Assembly (NCBI GenBank): GCA_963783305.1
Contig: CAWAMW010000016.1
Location: forward strand, 192,001 to 256,000
From: an uncultured Gemmatimonadales bacterium
GTDB lineage: Bacteria; Gemmatimonadota; Gemmatimonadetes; Longimicrobiales; RSA9
Reading direction: 5' to 3'
Length of the DNA: 64,000 nt
Positions 50,966-59,821 of this stretch are shown piece by piece. The notes below the pieces were generated by a model that saw nothing but the letters and a program-made list of their open reading frames with translations, was not told the origin of the DNA and ran no database searches. Position numbers and translations under genes: made by a program. Position 1 is the stretch's first letter; the number at the start of each line of letters is the position of its first letter.

Positions 50966-51367
50966 TCAGCCCTTCTTGCGGCGGCGGCCGGAGGGGGTGC
51001 CGCTGATGGCGTCGGCCATCGCCTCCAGGTCGGACCGCTGCCTGCGCACCCTGAACCAGATCACCAGGATGAGCCCGGCGAGCACGTGGACGATGATCCC
51101 TGCGACGATCGACCAGCCGTAGAGGAGGAGCCCCGCGACGGCCAGGATCACGGCGGCGGCGAGCAGCCCGGTCTGCCAGCGTCGGATCAGCGTTCGCGCC
51201 TCGTCCGGAGTGCGGCCGGCGAACGCCTCGATCAGCCGCTCCTGCGCCGGATTCACATCGCCGAACTGTTGCTTCGCTCGCCGTTTGCGCAGCTCCGGCG
51301 GCTCCTTCCCCGGGCGGAACCCCTTGATGGGTCGCTGGGGTCCCTGCCCTGTGGACCTTCGTGCCAT
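50966..51367 (-). CDS. Hypothetical 2-TM protein
   Basis: MARRSTGQGPQRPIKG..., preceded by GAGGAGG; two TM helices, basic termini. Confidence 0.72.
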   Translation of the reverse strand: MARRSTGQGPQRPIKGFRPGKEPPELRKRRAKQQFGDVNPAQERLIEAFAGRTPDEARTLIRRWQTGLLAAAVILAVAGLLLYGWSIVAGIIVHVLAGLILVIWFRVRRQRSDLEAMADAISGTPSGRRRKKG

Positions 51368-51827
51368 TGCCGTCCTCCTCATACGTCCATTCTCTTGGTC
51401 GGTCGCGCTCCAGGGCCGCAGCCCGGGCGCCAGCGGGCCGAGAGACCGCTCCGTAGGAGACGGCCCAAGGTGGTTCCCGCTCAGGCCGCATACTCCCGTA
51501 TCCTGACCCACCTGCCTCTGCCAAGGTAGATGGGGGTGAGGGGGGAGCGGAACCCCACGTGCACCCCGGCGCCCATCGGGCGAGACGACCCCCGTCGTAG
51601 AGGATCCGTTCAGCGCCGGCATGGGCGAGGGCCTGGACCGGCTGCTGGGTAAGCCTTGTAAGAGAACAGCTTTCGCGGGTCTCTCATGGCCGCCGCGACC
51701 GCGCCACCGAGCGTTCGAGCGGCGCGTGGCGGAGTCGATCCATTGACATGAAAACCGGCGATTGGTGCACCGTCCGCACTCCGGTCGCTGCTGGCGGCGC
51801 TCCCCACCACACCCTACCTTCGGCGCC

Positions 51828-53240
51828 ATGCCCGAGCCCTCCTGGATCTCTCTACTGCCGCCCGTCATCGCCATCGTCCTGGCCATCTGGACACGCCAGG
51901 TCTACCTCTCCCTCGCCGCCGGCGTCTGGCTGGGTTGGACCATGGTCGAGGGCTGGAACCCTCTCACCGGTGCGGCGCGGGGTATCGAGGAGACCATTGC
52001 CGTCTTTGGCGACCCCGACAACACCCGCGTCATCCTCTTCGCCCTCTTCATCGGCGCGCTGATCGCCACCGTCGAGATGTCCGGCGGCGTGAAAGGCTTC
52101 GTGAAATGGCTCGAGGACCGGGCCTGGGTGAAGAGCTCCCGTGGCGCACAGCTGCTCGCCTACTTCGTCGGGATGGTGATCTTCATCGAGTCGAACATCA
52201 CCGTTCTGGTGAGCGGTGCCGTCGCACGCCCCCTGGCGGACCGGTACCAAACGTCGCGAGAGAAGCTGGCGTACATCATCGACACCACATCCGCGGCGGT
52301 GTGCATCCTGATCCCGCTCAACGCATGGGGTGCCTACATCCTCGGGATCCTGGGGGAGCTCGGCGTGCCGGACCCTCTGGGTACGTTCGTATCGGCGATC
52401 CCGCTGAACTTCTACGCCATCGCCGCCGTGGTCCTGGCCGGTCTGACGATCGTGACCGGCTTTGACCTCGGACCCATGCGGAAAGCGGAGGCCAGGACCC
52501 GGTCGGGGAAGCTGCTGTGGGACGACGCCTCCCCGATGCTCGACCCGGAAGTCCTGAAGCCCGAGACGGACGGCGGGCCCGCCAGCCCGCTGTTCATGGT
52601 GCTTCCGATCGCCACCATGGTCCTCATGATGCCGGTGGCACTCTACATCACTGGCGATGGCGACATCCGCGACGGCTCCGGCTCGACCGGCGTGCTCTGG
52701 GCCGTCATGACCGGACTCGTGGTGGCGTGGGGCATGATCCTCGCCGCGCGCCGCTCCACGGTAGACGAACTCACGCGCGTCGGGCTCCGCGGCGCTGGCG
52801 GCCTCATCAACATGGCTACTGTACTGTGGCTCTCCCTGGCCCTCGCCGCCGTCACCGACTTCCTCGAAGCCGGCCCCTACGTGGCCCAGCTCATCGCGGG
52901 CACGCTCCCGCCCGTCATCTTCCTGCCGCTCATCTTCATTGTGGCCGCCTTCGTCGCGTTCTCCACGGGCACCAGCTGGGGCACGTTCGCCATCATGCTG
53001 CCCATCGCCGTGCCTGCGGCCATGGCACTGGGCTGGCCCGTGGCGCCCTTCGTGGCCGCGTCGCTCTCCGGCGGGATCTTCGGCGACCATTCCTCTCCCA
53101 TCAGCGATACCACCATCATCGCCTCCATGGCCGCCGCCACGGACCACATCGACCACGTCAGGACGCAGCTGCCCTACGCCCTCATCGGGGGCGCCGTGGC
53201 CATTATCGGCTTCGCCATCGTGGGGTCCACCATCGGCTGA
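51828..53240 (+). CDS. NhaC family Na+/H+ antiporter or amino acid transporter
   Basis: WISLLPP, SREKLAYIIDT, FSTGTSWGTFAI, GGIFGDHSSPISDTTI...DHIDHVRTQLPYA. Confidence 0.92.
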   Translation: MPEPSWISLLPPVIAIVLAIWTRQVYLSLAAGVWLGWTMVEGWNPLTGAARGIEETIAVFGDPDNTRVILFALFIGALIATVEMSGGVKGFVKWLEDRAWVKSSRGAQLLAYFVGMVIFIESNITVLVSGAVARPLADRYQTSREKLAYIIDTTSAAVCILIPLNAWGAYILGILGELGVPDPLGTFVSAIPLNFYAIAAVVLAGLTIVTGFDLGPMRKAEARTRSGKLLWDDASPMLDPEVLKPETDGGPASPLFMVLPIATMVLMMPVALYITGDGDIRDGSGSTGVLWAVMTGLVVAWGMILAARRSTVDELTRVGLRGAGGLINMATVLWLSLALAAVTDFLEAGPYVAQLIAGTLPPVIFLPLIFIVAAFVAFSTGTSWGTFAIMLPIAVPAAMALGWPVAPFVAASLSGGIFGDHSSPISDTTIIASMAAATDHIDHVRTQLPYALIGGAVAIIGFAIVGSTIG

Positions 53241-53388
53241 CCCCTTCCGGGGTACCCGAGATCCTCCCTGTCAGCCGTCGGTCGTGCACGCGAGCAGGTA
53301 GGGGCGACGGTCCCCGGATCCGGAGACGCGATCTCACCCGAACAGGCCCGGGACGCTGTGCAGCGATCCACCGGCGCACGCCGTAAAC

Positions 53389-53434
53389 CCGCTTCGCCGC
53401 CGAGCGTACCCGTGAGGGTCGAGCGGCGGAGCGG
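53389..53434. terminator. Hairpin between convergent genes
   Basis: CCGCTTCGCCGC (53389-53400) pairs with GCGGCGGAGCGG (53423-53434); no U-tract. Confidence 0.4.
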
Positions 53435-53469
53435 TACCGTCGTCCCGGACCGGTCCGGACCGGCGACCG

Positions 53470-55248
53470 CTAGCGGCGGCCCTCCCGCTTGTCCTTCAGG
53501 TACCGCTGGCGCGCCTCCACGTTTGAGAGCCACGGCTGGCGCTCGAAGTAGCTCTTCGTCATCTCCACGACCTGCGGCGCCAGCAGCACCATGGCGATGA
53601 GGTTCGGCAGGATCACGATCCCGAGGAACACGTCGCCCAGATCCCAGATGACCGTCAGCGGCAGGATCGCACCCACGAAGTGCATGAGGACGAAGACCAG
53701 CTTGTAGGGCAGGATCGCCCTGGGCCCGAAGAGGTAGTTGGCGCACCGGTCGCCGTAATAGCTCCACGCGATGGCCGTGGAGATGGCGAAGAGGAGCACA
53801 CTCACGATCACGATGTAGCGGCCCCAGTCGCCGGGCAGACCGCGGCGGAATCCGAGCATGGTCAGCGGAGCGCCGCTCTCCACCGCGTTGGCGTACAGCG
53901 CGGGATACTCCTGCCCCTGCATGTCCCGGGCGATCCCCTCGGCGGGGAAGACCTCGCCCGTGAACGGCTGCGTCTGCTCCGGGTCGATGAACAGCTCATC
54001 GAGGGCGACCTCGTGCCACGCCAGCACCGCGTCGCTCTGCTCCATGCCGGCGGGGATCCCGTCCGAGTATCGTACGGCGTCGGGCGCGGCGGCCTCGCGG
54101 CCGTGGCCGGTCTCGTCCACCACCACGTAGGTCACGTCGCCCCGGCCGGTCAGGTCGATCGCCGTCGGGACCCGCGCGTCGTACGCGCCGGTCATGATGA
54201 TCACCAGACCGGTCATGGTGCAGATGAGGATCGTGTCGATGAACGGCTCGAGCAGCGCCACCACGCCTTCGGAGACCGGCTCATCCGTCTTGGCCGCCGA
54301 GTGCGCGATCGGGGCCGAGCCCTGACCGGCCTCGTTGGAGAAGAGGCCGCGCCGCACGCCCCACATGAGCGTGAGCAGGAACGCGCCCGCGCCGGTGCCC
54401 GCCACGCCGGCCGACGGGTTGAAGGCCTCGCGGAAAATCAGCCCGAACGTGGGCATGATGTCGCCGACGTTCGACAGGATGATGATCAGCGCGCCCAGCA
54501 CGTACACCGCCGCCATTAGCGGCGCCAGGATCCCCGTCACCTTCCCGATCCGCTTGATCCCGCCCAGGATCACCGCGCCCACGATGGAGGCGGTGACCAG
54601 GCCCGTGATCCACGGCGCGATCCCGAACTCCGTCTGCATGGTGTCCGCCACCGTGTTCGCCTGGATCCCGTTCCCCGTGAGGAACGCGGTGATCCCGAGG
54701 ATCGTGGCGAAGAAGACGGCCATCCACTTCCAGTTCGGGCCGAGCCCCTTCTCAATGTAGTACATGGGGCCGCCGGAGACGCTCCCCTCCCACGACTTCG
54801 GGTCGTGGTCGGCCACCACCTCCCGGTACCGCTGCGCCAGCGTGACCTCCGTGAACTTCGTCGCCATGCCGAGGAAGGCGGTCATCCACATCCAGAACAG
54901 CGCGCCGGGCCCGCCGAAGTGGAGCGCAATGGCGACGCCCGCGATGTTCCCGATCCCCACAGTGGCCGAGAGCGCGGTCGTGAGCGCCTGGAAATGCGCC
55001 ACGTCGCCGGGCTCGTCCGGGTCGTCGTACCGCCCCGTGGTCACCGCGAAGCCGTGCCCCAGGTGCCGCAGCTGGATGAAGGCGAGGCGGAGGGTCAGGT
55101 AGAGGCCCACCCCGAGCAGCGCGATCACGACCAGCGGGATCTCCTCATCTCCGACGGGGATCCCGAAGTCCCAGACGAAGTAGCCCACTTCAGCCACGAA
55201 CCATTCGAGAGCGGACCCGATCCAGCCGAAAATTGCGTCCATTGCCAT
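53470..55248 (-). CDS. Alanine/glycine:cation symporter (AGCS family)
   Basis: ATVGIGNIAGVA, GGPGALFWMW, GGPMYYI, RGLFSNEAGQGSAPIAH, EPFIDT. Confidence 0.95.
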   Translation of the reverse strand: MAMDAIFGWIGSALEWFVAEVGYFVWDFGIPVGDEEIPLVVIALLGVGLYLTLRLAFIQLRHLGHGFAVTTGRYDDPDEPGDVAHFQALTTALSATVGIGNIAGVAIALHFGGPGALFWMWMTAFLGMATKFTEVTLAQRYREVVADHDPKSWEGSVSGGPMYYIEKGLGPNWKWMAVFFATILGITAFLTGNGIQANTVADTMQTEFGIAPWITGLVTASIVGAVILGGIKRIGKVTGILAPLMAAVYVLGALIIILSNVGDIMPTFGLIFREAFNPSAGVAGTGAGAFLLTLMWGVRRGLFSNEAGQGSAPIAHSAAKTDEPVSEGVVALLEPFIDTILICTMTGLVIIMTGAYDARVPTAIDLTGRGDVTYVVVDETGHGREAAAPDAVRYSDGIPAGMEQSDAVLAWHEVALDELFIDPEQTQPFTGEVFPAEGIARDMQGQEYPALYANAVESGAPLTMLGFRRGLPGDWGRYIVIVSVLLFAISTAIAWSYYGDRCANYLFGPRAILPYKLVFVLMHFVGAILPLTVIWDLGDVFLGIVILPNLIAMVLLAPQVVEMTKSYFERQPWLSNVEARQRYLKDKREGRR

Positions 55249-55497
55249 CGCGTCTTTTAGGGGGTTGTCCGGCGGCCGGCGCGGCCGCCTGTGCACAGGT
55301 CGGAGTCGGAAAGGGTACAACGCCATCGCTGTCGAGGCCAGCCGGCGGGCCGGTCCGGTCCCGCTCGCGGTGCGGCGGGGCCATCGTGCGGACTCGCGGC
55401 CGGGGCGGTTCCCGTTTTCGATTTCCCCCTTATGTTATGGAGGTCCGGCGCTTGCCTGGGCTGCACGAGACCCGACGCGAGATTCGAAGGAGAACGG

Positions 55498-56490
55498 ATG
55501 AGATTCTGGACCCGCATGGTGGCGGGCGCGGGGCTGCTGGTACTCGCTCCCCTGGCGCAGGCGTCTGCCCAGGGCACGCCGCTCGGCACCCGGATTCCGG
55601 GCCGACCGCTCGGCACCACAGTGGACTCCGACAGGGCCCCCCGGCCGGCGTTCCTGGCGCACCAGATCACGTTCCCGCGCGTCGCGCAGGCCCGGGATGC
55701 CACGGATGGCCGGCTCCGTATACTCTTCCACGACAAGGGCGTCACCTACCCGGCCCCCGAGATCTTCCTCCGCGTATTCAAGCACGAGCGCGTCATGGAG
55801 CTGTGGGCCCGCTCCGCCGCCGACTCCACCTTCACCCTCATGAAGGAGTACCCGATCTGCGCTCTGCCCGGACAGCTCGGACCCAAGCAGAAGATGGGCG
55901 ACTTCCAGGTCCCGGAAGGCTTCTACTACATCGACGAGTTCAACCCCCGCAGCGCATACCACCTCTCCCTGCGCGTCAGCTATCCCAATCTCTCCGACCG
56001 CCTGCGACGCGAGGTCGTCTCGCTCGGAGGCGATATCTTCGTCCACGGTGGCTGCGAGACCGTCGGCTGCGTTCCCATCGAGAACGCCAATATCCAGGAG
56101 GTGTACTGGCTCGCCGCCCAGGCCATGGACGAGGGACAGCAGGTCATTCCCATCCACATCTTCCCAAGCCGCATGGACGAGACCCAGAGGCGCTGGCTCG
56201 AGAGCACCTTCTCCCCCGACCCCGACCTCCTGGCCTTCTGGGACAATCTCGCCGACGGCTACGCCTACTTCGAGGCCACCCGGCGCGTTCCCTGGATCAC
56301 CGTCCAGCCCGACGGCCGCTACGCCGTCCCCGCATTCGACCGTATCGCGAGCGAGGGAGACGCGCTGCCCGATACCGTCGCTACGCCCGATACGGCTGCC
56401 ACCCCGGACATGGGCGTCGCGCCGGACATGGGCGTCGCGCCGGACAGCGCCCGCGCTGTCCCGGTCGGGATCCCGCACGACGGCGGCTGA
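55498..56490 (+). CDS. YafK/DpaA-like L,D-transpeptidase-family protein, copy 1
   Basis: Signal peptide; RVFKHERVMELW, GPKQKMGDFQVPEGFY, SYPN, GGDIFVHGGCETVGC. Confidence 0.9.
   Translation: MRFWTRMVAGAGLLVLAPLAQASAQGTPLGTRIPGRPLGTTVDSDRAPRPAFLAHQITFPRVAQARDATDGRLRILFHDKGVTYPAPEIFLRVFKHERVMELWARSAADSTFTLMKEYPICALPGQLGPKQKMGDFQVPEGFYYIDEFNPRSAYHLSLRVSYPNLSDRLRREVVSLGGDIFVHGGCETVGCVPIENANIQEVYWLAAQAMDEGQQVIPIHIFPSRMDETQRRWLESTFSPDPDLLAFWDNLADGYAYFEATRRVPWITVQPDGRYAVPAFDRIASEGDALPDTVATPDTAATPDMGVAPDMGVAPDSARAVPVGIPHDGG
56404..56446 (+). repeat. 18-bp coding tandem repeat (PDMGVA)
   Basis: CCGGACATGGGCGTCGCG x2 plus a partial copy, preceded by degenerate PDTVAT and PDTAAT units. Confidence 0.85.
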
Positions 56491-56672
56491 CCGCTCCGAC
56501 TCTGCGGAGCCGAGCCCGGGGAGCCTCCGGAGACCGCTCTGAACATCCGGTCCTCGGTCCTTCCGCTGGCCGACCCATGGCGCCCACTGGTGGCGAACAG
56601 AAGGTGTTTCCTCTAACGTAGAGCGATTCGTTCGGCGTGCCGGGCGTTCTCCTTTCACAGATTCGACTTGCG

Positions 56673-57671
56673 ATGGCCGCAATTCTGCCTCAGCCGCGCG
56701 CTGCGCGCATCCTGTTGTGCATGGGGGTGGGGGTCCTCTGCCTCCTTGCGCCCGGACGATCGGCGGCTCAGGCGCGGAGCGCCGCTTCGGCGGCGCTGGG
56801 ACACCGAGTGTACTCGGCGGTCCTCGAGCCCGATTCCGGCGGGTTCCTGGAGCGGCAGCTGGTGAACCCGCGCGTACGTAGCGCATACGAGCGGACGGGC
56901 CACCGGGTGGAGGCCGTCCTGGATGCGGGTGGGGTCGAACGCGTGGCGGAGGTGTTCCTTCGGATCTTCAAGCGCGAGCGGGAGCTGGAGCTCTGGGCGC
57001 GGGAGCCGGGAGTGGCGACGTTTACACGGGTGAGGACGTACCCGGTGTGCGATGTCTCCGGCGACCTGGGCCCGAAGCGGCGGCAGGGGGACCTCCAGAT
57101 CCCGGAGGGCTTCTACACCATCGACATCTTCAATCCGTCGAGCCGGTACCACCTCTCCATGCGGGTGGACTACCCCAACGCAGTGGACCGGGCGCGAAAC
57201 CCGGGCGCGGCGCTGGGCGGCGACATCTACATTCATGGCGGGTGCGCGACCATCGGCTGTGTGCCCGTGACCGACGCCTATATCGAGGAGCTGTATCTGG
57301 CGGCCGCCGCCGCCCGCGACGCGGGGCAGCCCAGCATCCCCGTACACATCTTCCCGACCCGACTGGACGTCGACGGGGTGGAGTGGCTCGCCGCCACCTA
57401 CGGCCCGAGCCACGTCGAGCATTCGTTCTGGCGCAACCTCCAGGAGGGGTATCTCGCCTTCGAGACCACGCGCGTCGTGCCCAGGGTTGGCTTCGCCGGC
57501 GGCCGCTACACCTTCGCCCCACCACGTCCAAGGGTGCCTCTCGGCACGCCTGTCGACCTCCTCTCGCGCCCACGCTCACCCGTGGCGACCCTCTTCGACG
57601 CGCCGCTCTCCGTCATGCAGGGGCTCCCCGCAGCGGCTGCGCGGCCGTCCGCGCTCCAGAAGCCGCTTTAA
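56673..57671 (+). CDS. YafK/DpaA-like L,D-transpeptidase-family protein, copy 2 (start uncertain)
   Basis: RIFKRERELELW, GPKRRQGDLQIPEGFY, DYPN, GGDIYIHGGCATIGC. Confidence 0.88.
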   Translation: MAAILPQPRAARILLCMGVGVLCLLAPGRSAAQARSAASAALGHRVYSAVLEPDSGGFLERQLVNPRVRSAYERTGHRVEAVLDAGGVERVAEVFLRIFKRERELELWAREPGVATFTRVRTYPVCDVSGDLGPKRRQGDLQIPEGFYTIDIFNPSSRYHLSMRVDYPNAVDRARNPGAALGGDIYIHGGCATIGCVPVTDAYIEELYLAAAAARDAGQPSIPVHIFPTRLDVDGVEWLAATYGPSHVEHSFWRNLQEGYLAFETTRVVPRVGFAGGRYTFAPPRPRVPLGTPVDLLSRPRSPVATLFDAPLSVMQGLPAAAARPSALQKPL

Positions 57672-57745
57672 CACATCCCCTCCGCCTCACGTCTGTACGG
57701 ATGGACTGACGAAGGACAACCGTACCGTAACCATTGGAGGACTCC

Positions 57746-58663
57746 ATGCGAGGGAGCCTGAGAGTAGGGAGTGCGTTGGTGGCGCTGATGCTGGTGGCAA
57801 CACCGGCCATCGCCCAGGGACAGGGACAGGGGATCGGGAGAGGGCAGGGCCTCGGGCCGGGCGGGCAGGTTCGCAACCCCGCTGCGATGGTGCTCGAGCA
57901 CCGCGATGACCTCGATCTCACCGGTGAGCAGGTCGAGCGGCTGGAAGCTCTGCAGGCCGCGCTCGAGACCGAGAACGCGCCGCGGATCGAGCGGCTCCGC
58001 GCCGCCACGTCCGCCGACGAGATGCGGCAGCTCCGCGAGGCGATCCGCGCCACCAACCGTGGCGCCGGGATCTCCATCCACGAGATCCTGAGCGATGAGC
58101 AGGAAAGTCGCCTCCGGCCGATCATGCACGAGGGTCGCCCCGGCTGGGGCCCCGAGAACCGACCGGCGGCCGGCCGCGGGGGCGGCGTGGCGCCCGGGCG
58201 GGGCGACCGTGCGGGTTCGGCCGCCCACGGCATGCGCGGCCCCCGGGGCACGGGGCCGGCCGGAATGGGCCAGGGACGGGGAGCGTCCGTTCGCAACCCG
58301 GCCACCCGTCTTCTGGAGCAGCGGGACACCCTGGAACTGACGGGCGAGCAGGTGGAGCGGCTGACCGCGATCCGGGACCGGATCGAGCGGGAGAACGAGC
58401 CGCGCCGCGAGCGGCTCCAGGCGGCGCTCCAGGAGCTGCGGTCCGAGCTCGACGGGATGAGCGTCGAAGAGCGACGGGCGGCCCGTGAGCAGAACCGCGA
58501 CCGGATGGCCGGGCTACGCTCCATTCGCGAGGAGATCCGCGCCACCAACCGTGAGGCGGGTGACGAGATCCACGAGCTGCTGACCGATGAGCAGGAGGCG
58601 CTTCTGCAGTCGCTCATGCGGCAGGGAATGCGGCAGGGAATGCGGCAGGGCCGCATGCGGTAG
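57746..58663 (+). CDS. Secreted Spy/CpxP-like protein with two internal repeats
   Basis: Signal peptide ending PAIAQ. Two copies of VRNPA..LE.RD.L.LTGEQVERL...EIRATNR...IHE.L(S/T)DEQ (LTxxQ motifs). C-terminal MRQG x3 is a 12-bp repeat at 58616-58651. Confidence 0.8.
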   Translation: MRGSLRVGSALVALMLVATPAIAQGQGQGIGRGQGLGPGGQVRNPAAMVLEHRDDLDLTGEQVERLEALQAALETENAPRIERLRAATSADEMRQLREAIRATNRGAGISIHEILSDEQESRLRPIMHEGRPGWGPENRPAAGRGGGVAPGRGDRAGSAAHGMRGPRGTGPAGMGQGRGASVRNPATRLLEQRDTLELTGEQVERLTAIRDRIERENEPRRERLQAALQELRSELDGMSVEERRAAREQNRDRMAGLRSIREEIRATNREAGDEIHELLTDEQEALLQSLMRQGMRQGMRQGRMR

Positions 58664-58709
58664 GGCAGGGGATAATGCGCGAAAAGCCCCCCCCGCTGCA
58701 CGGGAGGAC

Positions 58710-58749
58710 CGAGAACCGCTTGCCGGGCAGCCCTGGCAGGCGGTTCTCG
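58710..58749. terminator. Strong inverted repeat, putative bidirectional terminator
   Basis: CGAGAACCGCTTGCCGGG / CCCTGGCAGGCGGTTCTCG between convergent genes. Confidence 0.6.
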
Positions 58750-58788
58750 TATGCGGGGCGCGCCCGGTCGCCCGGTGCTACGGCAGTC

Positions 58789-59013
58789 CTACTCGAACTC
58801 GGTGCTCGACCGCCTGCCGCCGCTCCTTCCGATCAGATAGCCCAGCGGGAGGGCCAGTGCCGCCGCGCCGAGCGCGCTGATGCGCGGGGCGTACGCGTGC
58901 CGGAGGTCGTAGTTCATCTTCTTCAGCCGCACGGCCTTCTTCGGGTGCAGCACGGCAAAGGTGGTCCTGGGGGCCTTCGAGTAGGCGAGAGTCTTTGCGA
59001 TGGAGCGGATCAT
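58789..59013 (-). CDS. Small hypothetical protein (74 aa, C-terminal TM)
   Basis: GGAGG upstream; basic N-terminus, hydrophobic C-terminus. Confidence 0.62.
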   Translation of the reverse strand: MIRSIAKTLAYSKAPRTTFAVLHPKKAVRLKKMNYDLRHAYAPRISALGAAALALPLGYLIGRSGGRRSSTEFE

Positions 59014-59105
59014 CCTGGGCCTCCGGTTCTAGGCGTGTGGTGCCATCTCAACGTGGTCAACCACCCGATCCATGGTGCAAGGCCCGTGCGAGAAAGTGGG
59101 CGGGG

Positions 59106-59774
59106 TCAGGCCCGCTCCAGCGCCCGCCGGAAGAGCCACACGCTCACGGCGATCCCGGTTCCGATCCACAGAACGCCCCAGACGATCGTCGGGATCCCCG
59201 TCATGGCCGCCAGCATGTGCGCGTCCGACTCCAGGTACGGACGGTCGAGAACGTCGCTCTTGATGTCGAGCAGCGCGTACAGGCACGACGTGAGACCCAG
59301 GGCCGTGAGGACGAGGACGTGCACGCCACGACCGGTGGCGCGCAGCCCGAGCAGCGCGGCGCCGAAGAGCGCTCCGAAGAGGATGCCGAACGCGTTCCGG
59401 ACGTAGAGCGCCGTCAGGGCGAGGACCGCGATCCCGATGAGACTGGTGGTGTCCCGGGGGGTGGGTCGTCGGGCCCGGGCGAGCACGACGATCAACGCCC
59501 CCCACCCCAGGCTGCCCAGGTACCCGGCCGAGAGGGTGAGGAACGCATTGCCGCCCGGGCAATAGCAGAGCCCGCCCTGGTCCGGTGTCACGACGATGCG
59601 CTGGACCTCGCCGCCGGTCGCCACGGCCATGGCCGCGTGGCTGGCCTCGTGCAGGAGCACGACGAACAGCTTGAGCGGGTAGATCACCGGCGACCACCAC
59701 AGCAGCCAGACCACCGTCAGCCACACCGTGAAGCCCGCGACAAATGCGATCTGCCGCTTCGTCTTACGCTTCAC
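59106..59774 (-). CDS. M50B family membrane metallopeptidase
   Basis: LLHEASHA (HExxH), SAGYLG, SDA motif; multi-TM. Confidence 0.9.
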   Translation of the reverse strand: MKRKTKRQIAFVAGFTVWLTVVWLLWWSPVIYPLKLFVVLLHEASHAAMAVATGGEVQRIVVTPDQGGLCYCPGGNAFLTLSAGYLGSLGWGALIVVLARARRPTPRDTTSLIGIAVLALTALYVRNAFGILFGALFGAALLGLRATGRGVHVLVLTALGLTSCLYALLDIKSDVLDRPYLESDAHMLAAMTGIPTIVWGVLWIGTGIAVSVWLFRRALERA

Positions 59775-59821
59775 CCACCCTCCTCAGCGGCACTTCGCAG
59801 CGGCTGCCTCACCAGCGCGAT

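Noticed and set aside
51484..51508. SRP-RNA-like loop on the minus strand (TCAGGATACGGGAGTATGCGGC)
   Set aside because: It deviates from CAGG-UCC-GGAA-GGA-AGCAGC and lacks a convincing flanking helix. Left to the Rfam scan proposed above.
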